Part shown: positions 54,574-64,000 of the stretch, piece after piece
Layout: each line of letters starts with the position of its first letter
Position numbering within the stretch: the first letter of the stretch is position 1
Source of the DNA: Eledone cirrhosa
Taxonomy: Eukaryota
Reading direction: 5' to 3'
Assembly (NCBI GenBank): GCA_964016885.1
Contig: OZ024743.1
Span: 268,770,001-268,834,000, forward strand
DNA length: 64,000 bases
Program-made: the position numbers and the translations under genes
The notes under the pieces: model-generated
Seen by the model: the letters and a program-made list of their open reading frames with translations, nothing else
The model's database searches: none
Told to the model about the DNA's origin: nothing

Positions 54574-54789
54574 TGTGCTTGTGTACTTGTGTGTGTGTGC
54601 GTCCCTCTTTCATCAAGAGAAAAAAATGACTTTTAGGGTTTGCAGATAAAACCAAGGATAAAATATAAATATGAATAAAAGTGTAGGTATAAACATGATT
54701 GAAAGGGGTCTGGGGGTGTTGCAGAGGCTGGTTTCTCGGGGAATTTGCAGAAGAGAAACAAGAGAATAAACGAAAGAAGAGAAAATAAT

Positions 54790-54983
54790 GATTTCTAGTA
54801 TAGGCACAAGGCTAGACATTTTGGAAGAGGGAAAGTCGATTAAATCGACAATTTTATCCACCCCATAAGGATGAAGGGCAAAGCTAAACTCGGCGTGATC
54901 TGAACTCAGAAGGTAAAGGGCCGTAACTCTATGCCGCGAAGCATATTGTCCGACGCTTTACCGATTCTGCCAATCCACCGCCA
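54790..54983 (-). mobile_element. tRNA-derived SINE
   Basis: Matches 14630-14845. Confidence 0.8.
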
Positions 54984-55759
54984 ATAAATAAATAAATGGA
55001 ATAAACAAAATAATGAAAATAAAATTTAAAAAGGGAAAGGAAGAAGAGAAAGAGAAAATTGAAGGAAGAAAAGAAAGAGAGAAAGGAAGGGAAGGAAAAA
55101 AAGTCTTTAGTAGAGGTTTCGTTGGATTTATGGGGTTTTTTTAATTTTATTTTCTGATGTGAGTGTGTGTATGGTTTCAAGTGTCTACATACAGGTGTGT
55201 GTGTGAATTGATTATTCCCATCTATAGATCACTATTTATTGTCTTATGGGGGATAATCACCTATTTAATTTTAGTTTGTATTTGTTATTGAATTTTTTTT
55301 TTTTTTATTCTCTGTTGTTGAATGAAAGAGTCTGAGTATTTGTAGAGTGGAAAAATTTCGAAGTTGGGTTTGTCTAATCCTGCACATGTTGCAATGTGGC
55401 TACTTAAGGGGATTTGTCTCGTGTTTTCATCACTGATTTCATGGTAGTGTATAGTCATACTTTTGCGTAATGAAATTCTCATCTGTCCGATATAATTTTG
55501 TAGACATTCATACCATGTAATCACATAGATTAGGTTTTCTGAGTTGCAGGTGAAATTTTCTTTTGTTCTGAAGGTTAGTCCATCCATTAATTTGAATTCT
55601 GGTCCAGCAGTTACGAAAATTTGTTATTCCACATTTTGTAACAGTGGGGTTGGCGATTTGTTTGTGGTTTTCACGCCATGAAAGACCGTCGGATTTGCAC
55701 CTAGAAAGTTCCCTCCGAGGCAGAAGTCTGGGCAAATTTTTTTTTTTTTTAGCTATGTG

Positions 55760-56037
55760 ATTTGTTCGACATGCACGTGGTTCAAAGCTCGATTTCAAGG
55801 TTTAGAGATCCAATGCATGCGATTCTCACCCTCCACGGTTGTTTTCCAGGGAAAAGGCAAAGACCGGTACAGCTTTGCACCAATAATGTTGTAAATCCTT
55901 CATTCTCAGTCCAGAAACGTGGAGCAGTATGAAATAATGTGTCCTGCTGAAGGAGACAATGTGCCGCGCGGGTCTGGAATCGAACTCCCAACCTCACTTT
56001 TGTGAGTTCAACGCTCTAGCCACTAAACCACGTGCCT
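55760..56037 (-). mobile_element. tRNA-derived SINE of another family
   Basis: Sense head ggcacgtggtttagtggctagagcgttg...gagttcgattcc. Confidence 0.65.
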
Positions 56038-56049
56038 AAACTGTGTACA

Positions 56050-56563
56050 CATGCGCGGGGCACTCTTGAGTGCTACCGGTAACATGTAACCCAGTACAAC
56101 CTGTCGCATGGTCGGGTTGTCGACGACTAAACCGCCAACCCCACTAAGTTTACTTGGTGAGGAAGGTGATTTTGGACACCCTGCAGGACAAAAAACAAGA
56201 CCTGACAAAGGACGGAAGAACTCATATGTGTAAATATGTATATACACATGTACCGCGCGGTTAAACCACTGGGAGTGAAGGACCCCTAGCCTTTGTCAGG
56301 GCATTCTTCTAGGAGAAGGTAACTAAGGAAACTGGGATAACTCCGATATAAAACCTGCGGCTCAGTAGTTACCGATGATGTTGATCTTTTCTTCTTTTCG
56401 GGTTATAGTTACTGTCGCTCAGAGAGTGGGATTGGTTCAGTGCACAGTCTTTCCTCACTTTAAAAAATATCTTGTTGCACAGACATTGCACGATAGAATT
56501 AATTAATAATTATTAATAATGGTATATCATGCAATGGCCATACTCGATAGCGAAGGGACAGCC

Positions 56564-56565
<2 letters not shown>
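56050..56565 (+). mobile_element. Possible bipartite non-autonomous RTE derivative
   Basis: RTE-5'UTR-like ctaggagaaggtaact, and a 3' tail tggccatactcgatagcga...cagcc similar to 28830-28860. Confidence 0.45.
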
Positions 56566-56617
<52 letters not shown>

Positions 56618-56993
56618 GATAGATAGAGAGAGAGAGAGATTATATATATCATATGTGTTTGCATGGGTGCGCGTGTGTGTGTGATGGAGACAAACATGTA
56701 TACCTCAAAAATTGTTATAGAAATGCATACATGTGTTCGTACATACACACCTTTCCAGCTACAAATACCTAAAATTCCAAATTTATTTCCTAAATGTTTC
56801 ATCCTCTGTATCTTCGTAAACATTCCTTTTGTATACAAACACGCACGCACGCACCCTACCCCCCCCCCCCCCTCAACCCCCCCACACACACTCTCTCATA
56901 CACATGCACACACACACACACACACACACACATACCTATATATATATATATATATACATACATACATACACACACACACACAAACACACACAC

Positions 56994-57024
<31 letters not shown>

Positions 57025-57402
57025 TACGTGGGAAAGTAAAAAATCGGAGAATAGACCGTTAAAACTTGTTTATTTAAAACAGCATCTACGTACGTTTCGC
57101 CCAGTTGGGGTTCTCAAGGGCATAAATAATTATATTGCTCGGAAAGAGTTTTGGGGGTTAAATCCACATCAAGGTTCATTGCTCGCAAAAATAGCTTGTT
57201 TTGATTTTGCAGCAGGTAAAGGGAGGTAACTCTGGCCGGTGTTAGGGCAGTCTTTTTTTTTTTTTGCCGCATCTGTTTGTCTGAGGCTGAGTCTGGTATG
57301 CAAGGATTGTATCCTGGGTGTTATTTTGCAGCGCCTGCCCGCCGGGGTGTTAAGACTTGTTGCAGGGAGATCCGGTGTACGGTTTCACTCCTCATCCTTA
57401 AC

Positions 57403-58330
57403 CCATCTGCAGAAGGATATTTTTAAGCGATATGTACAACTTATCGCTGTTTCAGCTCTGCTGTTGATGAGCTCGTGGGGTGCAGTTATGATGTGGTAGA
57501 GCTCCATGAGGCAAAGATCGCATTTCCTCTTGAAGTTGTACGGTGCAGCCCTGCCGACAATCTCCCAGTGCGTGTTGAAGCTGATGTTTAAGTCCTTTAG
57601 TGATGTGATGTAGTCCGCGAGCGAAGTGGAGTGCCTTAGTTTTCTATTTGTGAAAGAGTGGAGATGTGTTCGAAACCTAATTTTGAACGGGCCGGAGGTA
57701 GCCCCTATATAATGTTAACGCTATTGTGGCTAGTAATAGTGCATCTATATATAACCCTATCAGTCAAGTAGTATCCTCTAAGGGGGCAGCGTCATCTGTC
57801 GCGGCAATTGCAATTTCTGTCGCGGTTCCGTCTATTTCCCACGGTAAGGCTATCATTGTTGCTGCCTACGTTGTTACCTACACTACCGCAGCTGTCGTTA
57901 GCACCATTACAACCCACAGCACGCGGGGTGGTGCGATTGTTATTGCGCACGTCATGTCCTGCATGTTCCCCAGTCATTTCGCGGTTGCGTCAGCGGATGC
58001 CGTTGCCAACACTATTGGATGCTGCCAGGAAGTTGTTAAGGCCGATATAGTTATTATCAGGTGTAGGTGCGTCTGTGTCGAGGTGCTGTGTCTTGGTGAT
58101 CTTACTGTGGTTCGTTGTTCCTATGATGTCTGCTAGGTTAGGAGTAGTAGAGAAGGATATTTATATATTGTTCCTATTAAGAATTTTTCTATACCTATGG
58201 TTGGGCGGGAAGTTCTTCTCTAAGGCTTCGAAGAACATCCGGGGTATGTTGGAGGCCACACTCCGAGAGTAGGGGGGGGGTAACCATAGGACGTTACGGT
58301 GGCGATTACGTGTCCTTGTACTTTTGCTAC
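57403..58330 (-). pseudogene. Penelope linker and GIY-YIG endonuclease remnant
   Basis: RNVLWLPPPYS...KNFPPNHRYRKILNRNNI; CNCRD..CPL; YIGATSGPFKIRFRTHLHSF...TSLADYI...WEIV...CDLCLME. Confidence 0.88.
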
Positions 58331-58593
58331 GGGTGGTTCCATCTAGGTGACCGCTCTTATGTGTGTTAATGCGCAGTCGCCCGTTCGGTGCCCCTTTCAC
58401 TTTATGCTCGGGTGCACTCTTCCTACCTCTTGCATGTTTATGTACACGAAGATGTTGGTTGGAAGGCGTTGGTAGTAGGCCGTCGCCTTTGTTGGTTTTG
58501 TAATAGGGGAATAGTGCGAGCAATGAACCTTGATGTGGATTTAACCCCCAAAACTCTTTCCGAGCAATATAAGGAACACTTTTGATTATTTAT

Positions 58594-58633
58594 GCCCTTG
58601 AGAAGCCCAACTGGGCGAAACGTACGTAGGTGC
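58594..58633 (+). ncRNA. Hammerhead motif with U3-A8 core in the PLE terminal repeat
   Basis: GCCC-UUGAGAA-GCCC aacu GGGC-GAA-ACGUACGU-A-GGuGC. Mirror copy at 57080-57123 on the minus strand. Confidence 0.65.
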
Positions 58634-58850
58634 TGTTTTAAATAAACATGTTTTAACGGTCTATTCTCCGATTTTTTTTACTATTCCACGTGCTTACGCT
58701 CTGCTAACTCTCTAGCCCACTAAATATTAACACTTCGAATATTTAATACTGCCGGCACTAGTATCGAGCACCTTTGGCATACGCTACTTGGCAAATAACT
58801 ATATGTATCACCTATCCTCCCCTTTTTTTCTCTTTCTCGACACGTAAATA

Positions 58851-58997
<147 letters not shown>

Positions 58998-59404
58998 GCA
59001 TATTCGTATGCGCCTGTGTGAGTCTGTATATTAATTCTTTTCCTCCCTTCATAACCTTTGAACATTGAAAGCTCTCACTGACCGCATATTTTTTACAAGA
59101 GGTTCCAATGCATTACTTGTTTTCAGGGCTATGAAATACGACTGCTGCACTTTTTTTCTTTCTTTCCTATTGTTAAGGTCATTATACACAATGCCAATAT
59201 GCCGAAAGATAGGTAATAACAACTGTTCCTATTGTGACCCAAGCCCAGTGTTGTAATTTGGAAATAAGGAAAAATAACTTAGTTAATATGTATGTCCTAC
59301 AAAGATTTCCGTGTGGTGTAGTCTATGTAAGTAAGTTGTTTTTATTTTTTGTAGGTTGGTGGACAGGGGTTGGGTGCTTGCTTCATGCTCCTGCTATGGG
59401 TTTC

Positions 59405-59530
<126 letters not shown>

Positions 59531-59533
59531 CAG

Positions 59534-59705
59534 GAGGGGTGCTGAAAAGTTCATAGGGGAGAAGAGTTCATGGGCTGACTAAGATACTCACATGGAATGA
59601 TCAAACAGTGATTAATAAGAAGAGATGAAATTAATGCATGCAAGATTTCACAGGTCTAGCATCATCCCTTCATAATCAGCCTATGAACTTTTCAACCCTC
59701 CCTCG
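59534..59705. mobile_element. mariner-like MITE
   Basis: gaggggtgctgaaaagttcatagg / cctatgaacttttcaaccctccctcgta. Confidence 0.65.
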
Positions 59706-61280
59706 TATATATATATATATAAATATATATATAAATATAATTTCGTTTCATTCTTTTCCATTTATATATATATATATATATATACATATATATATCCTTT
59801 ATTTCTTTCCTCAATAACTTACAAAAGTCTTTGGTGCACTGGAGATTGAGATATTGTCTTTAATGTGTGGAAATATCCGAGACCTCCAGTAGACAACTGA
59901 AGAGGGAACCTGTCCCTTGTTTGTGCTTTCCTTTTATTTCTAAATACACTTTATCAAGTAACCACACAGCCCCTTATTCCTTCTATATATATATATATAT
60001 ATATATATTCATTCATCTTGTCTGAGTAGTGAGTCTTGTTATCTGGAGTTTCACCTGCGAACTCACAGGCAGGTCATCACCGAATTCATTCGGGAATGAC
60101 CTGCCGTTACAATAACACGGAATCTACGTGCCTTCTCCGAATCAACGTCAGTCCTCTAATTTGTATTTTCTTTTTTCTATTTCCTGATTGTGTTCGCCAA
60201 AATCTTGTTCTCATATATAACTAATAGTGCAAGTAACACTTGATTATATCACCTGTGTCTTGCATCATATGCGGTTGGATGAGGCTGGAACATTGAAATT
60301 ATAAAGTTTCCAGTTAGTCCTTCCTTTTTTGTTCCTAATGAGTATATGTATATATGTAGTCGTTTGATGTGTACCATTAGGTTACTGGTGGTCCATCTGT
60401 TTGACAACTCAATGTTATTACGTAGGCCCTGGTACCAATGTAAGGCTCGTCATTTGTGTCGTCATTGGTTATTGGTAGCTGTAACATGCAGAGTGTTAAT
60501 AGTAGGCGGGTACATAGTATCAATTTAGTATATTTTACATATTATGTTCACCTCTGATGCGCGTTACTCAATTGATTAGCTCAACGTATCATAGATCACA
60601 ATCGGATCTAATTCTGACGCATGGTTCTATATATATATATATATATATACAAATGTATACCGAAGTTCTTATGGGTTATATGTTGCTGTAGTAAACTTTA
60701 TACTTTGTCCATTTACACTTCACGGGAAGGTAATTCAGTACTTCGGTGAAATCCCTTTCCTCTTTTTTCATTGTTCTTCTTTTCACCCCACCCCACCCCC
60801 CTTCATCATCAACATCATTATCTTCAGGAGCAGCATCAGCATCACTATGATGTCCATTTACTTTTTTCTATGTTTTTTCTTTCGCCATTCTTTACCATGT
60901 GTCTTAATAAAGTCAGTTATCTGGAGGGTAATTGGCGACTCATCTTCAAATATGAAGGCATTCGGCCAATACATTTTCTTTATCATCCAAATGGTTGAGC
61001 TTAAGGATATTAATGAACAAAAGAATGATAATCATAATAGTAATAATACCAATAAAACTTCTTTATTAACTGCAGGGGGCCATACTTAATATAAAAAAAA
61101 ACGTGTCATATGAAAAGGTGTTACACTGTGTTTGGGTATATGCATACATACACATATATACATACATATACATTCACACATATACATACATACATACATA
61201 CATACATACATACATACATACATACATACATACATACATACATACATACATACATAAGTATGTGTGTATATATATATATA

Positions 61281-61363
<83 letters not shown>

Positions 61364-61402
61364 TTGCGAGGTTTTTTATATGAAATCGTGTGTCGAAACA
61401 AA

Positions 61403-62605
61403 TATTGTTATACTTGGAGAGGGTCATATTTGTGTAATATTGCCAGAATTAATAACAGAACACACTCACTGTTTGGTTGGTTTTCGCTTTTCGCTTTTGT
61501 GTCTTTTATATCGGTTAATTTAATTTATTCGGTCCTCAATGTTGCCATTGACTGACCGACGGTCAAAAATACAGATACAATATAGACACAAACACATATA
61601 TATAGTTTATCAAAGTTCTTTCGTTGCACATCTGCAACATCGTCAGTGGTGCTATTGTTTCCTCCCGTTGCATTGTATTTTCTACGCCATCTTTATTTAG
61701 TCTGTTTATATATTTATTTATTTGTTTATTTTGTTGTCTTCTTTGCGCATGCGTTTGCGTGTGTGTATAGTGTTTTGTTTGATGTGTGTTCGTGATTGGG
61801 TGACTGTGTGTTGGTTAATGTATTCTATCTTTAATAGTGTGTATTTATATGTGTTTGTTGTTATTGTGCTTGTGTATGTATTTATTTAACTATACGAACT
61901 ATCAGTACTATACGAACATGCCAAACAACAACACGACGGTAACATAGACAACATAGACATTAGAATAATATGTAAACATAGAAATGACCCAGCAGATAGG
62001 CAAATCATAGAGGCCAGTGAAATAGAACTTAGAAGGCCAAGGCTAAATAGAAAAAAATGAATGGAATAACAACAGCACCCAAACAAACAACACTGACCTA
62101 AGAGAAGTATAAATAAATAAATAGATAAATAAATACATTCACAAGCACAATAACAACAAACACATATAAACACGCACTAGTAAAGATAGAATATATTAAC
62201 CAATACACAGTCACCCAATCACGAACACACATCAAACAAAACACTATACACACACGCAAACGCATGCGCAAAGAAGACAAAAAATAAACAAATAAATAAA
62301 CATATAAACAGACTAAATAAAGATGGCGTAGAAAATACAATGCAACGGGAGGAAACAATAGCACCACTGACGATGTTGCAGATGTGCAACGAAAGAACTT
62401 TGATAAACTATATATATATGTGTTTGTGTCTATATTGTATCTGTATTTTTGACCGTTGGTCAGTCAATGGCAACATTGAGGACTGAATAAATTAAATTAA
62501 CCGATATGAAAGACACAGAAGCGAAAAGCGAAAACCAACCAAACAGTGAGTGTGTTCTGTTATTAATTCTGGCAATATTACACAAATATGACCCTCTCCA
62601 AGTAT

Positions 62606-62610
<5 letters not shown>
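61403..62610 (+). mobile_element. 1.2-kb palindromic Penelope-like element: ~485-bp inverted arms around a GIY-YIG C-terminal fragment
   Basis: Arms 61403-61887 and 62123-62610 are nearly identical. The spacer translates SVLYEHAKQQHDG...KHRNDPADRQIIEASEIELRRPRLNRK-EW. Confidence 0.85.
62363..62404 (+). ncRNA. Minimal hammerhead motif (four copies in the window)
   Basis: acCA-CUGACGA-u-GUUGCA gaug UGCAAC-GAA-AG aa CU-U-UGau. Stem I is weak. Confidence 0.7.
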
Positions 62611-62682
<72 letters not shown>

Positions 62683-62684
62683 TA

Positions 62685-62989
62685 CGAGGGTAATCCCAAA
62701 AGCAAGGTCTCCAAAGTGATGGGGAGCAGAGAAACTGTTCGTACGGCTGTTGGCAACAGTTGTGATTGGTGCTTCCTTCACTCCCAAACAACCATGCGGG
62801 CGGTTCGCTGGGATGCTTGGCAGCCGTTGAGAATGGAACTCCCGTTGAACGCTACCGCCATGTACGAGTTTCGCGCAGTTATTATATACGAGGGCAATCC
62901 CTAAAGTAAGTTCTCCTTCCGAGGAAAATATGGATTTTAACGGAAAAGTTGCAATATCGGAAGGAGACCTTACTTTTGGGATTGCCCTC

Positions 62990-62990
<1 letters not shown>
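62685..62990 (+). mobile_element. mariner 5' fragment plus a 102-bp MITE (62889-62990)
   Basis: TIR cgagggcaatcccaaaagtaaggtctcc present three times with TA flanks. MELPLNATAMYEFRAVI resembles a mariner transposase N-terminus. Confidence 0.75.
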
Positions 62991-63070
<80 letters not shown>

Positions 63071-63814
63071 TATATACATACATTATACGGGTAGTGGCGA
63101 AAAAACTAAATATAATTTAACTGACAGGTTAAGAACAACTTGCACAAAACATATATAAATGAATACAAATAAAAGGCAAATTTCCAAGACATGCATGATT
63201 AGGTTGCCCCATGATTTTCACTATATTATTTTGAACTTGCTGTTCTATCTAATGCTCTTTTGTGCTCTCCTTTTCCATTTGCCTCTGAGCAAAACGCTCT
63301 CAAATGTCATTTACTACCAAACGTTTAACAACTGGGCTTTCTACCTTGCTCCAACAGTCTGATAGGCCATCTCAAAATAATATTTATCCTTACTCCGTTA
63401 TCTATTTCTTTTTTGAAAGACTGTATTATTTACCTGTTTACTTTCGTATTTTGTGCCTTCTACACACAATGTCTAACAGCATAATTTAATCTCATCTGTT
63501 CTAATCTAATTTTCTCCTATATGTCTAGATTTCTATGCCCAGGTCTATATATATTTGTAATTCATTATTCTATTTATATGTACTTATCGCTGTATATATG
63601 CATATATAGATTTATATTAACGTCCTACTACTTATCTATCTGTTGATATGATGATGTTATAAATGAATATATCCTATCAGTTGATAATATTTAGTCATAT
63701 ATTCATCTTAATTTCAGTTGTATGTGATATTTTATGTTTTATATTCCATAACTGATAAGAACATCATTACTCACTATTTTTCATGTTTTTACGTTTTCTA
63801 AGCCTTAACTTTGA

Positions 63815-63965
63815 AGAATTGACAGAGTTGTTAGAACGTCGGTTAGGTTGCTTTGCGGTATTCCTTCCGGCTCTCTGCTCGCTGATTTCAAATCTGGCCA
63901 AGGTTAACATTGCCTTTCATCCTTTCGAAGTCGATAAAAAAATTACTAGTCTAGCACTGGAGTCG

Positions 63966-63968
<3 letters not shown>
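63815..63968 (+). mobile_element. tRNA-derived SINE
   Basis: ttcaaatc...gcctttcatcctttcgaagtcgataaaa...ctggagtcgat. Confidence 0.7.

Positions 63969-64000
<32 letters not shown>

Larger units (their letters stand above)
54020..55745 (-). mobile_element. Penelope-like element remnant: GIY-YIG plus 3' region with hammerhead
   Basis: FTCNSENLIYVITWYECLQNYIGQ...LRKSMTIH...LSSHIATC (55285-55587). A hammerhead lies downstream on the same strand. Boundaries are approximate. Confidence 0.7.
57026..58691 (-). mobile_element. 5'-truncated Penelope-like element with inverted terminal repeat
   Basis: Arms 57026-57187 and 58515-58691 are inverted and carry a hammerhead, with a linker and GIY-YIG remnant inside. 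Confidence 0.9.

Noticed and set aside
59895-59920. Hammerhead at ctgaaga-ggga/tccc
   Set aside because: No GAAA half follows.

Overview
Eukaryotic, AT-rich, microsatellite-saturated intergenic or intronic DNA. The repeat spectrum suggests a cephalopod such as Octopus (inference only). No host gene is recognisable and almost all listed ORFs are microsatellite translation artefacts. The window holds: (1) one full-length but frameshifted Tx1-clade L1-like LINE (15408-21118, minus) and three partial copies whose ends abut GATA/TATC repeats; (2) at least four 5'-truncated Penelope-like elements (PLEs) with GIY-YIG remnants, three of them with inverted terminal repeats; (3) many short palindromic or directly repeated PLE-like remnants embedded in (TA)n; (4) tRNA-derived SINEs, mariner/pogo/hAT MITEs, a Helitron, and RTE and CRE 3' fragments; (5) a 3.8-kb 26-bp satellite with higher-order structure. 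The most striking signal, found by hand-reading both strands, is about 25 type I hammerhead ribozyme motifs (intact, variant or degenerate) from more than ten sequence families. They include canonical cores with palindromic stem III, U3-A8 compensatory cores, a three-copy family with extensive covariation, one with a ~100-nt stem II, and a repeat whose end matches the predicted cleavage site. All folds were done by eye and no database search was possible.
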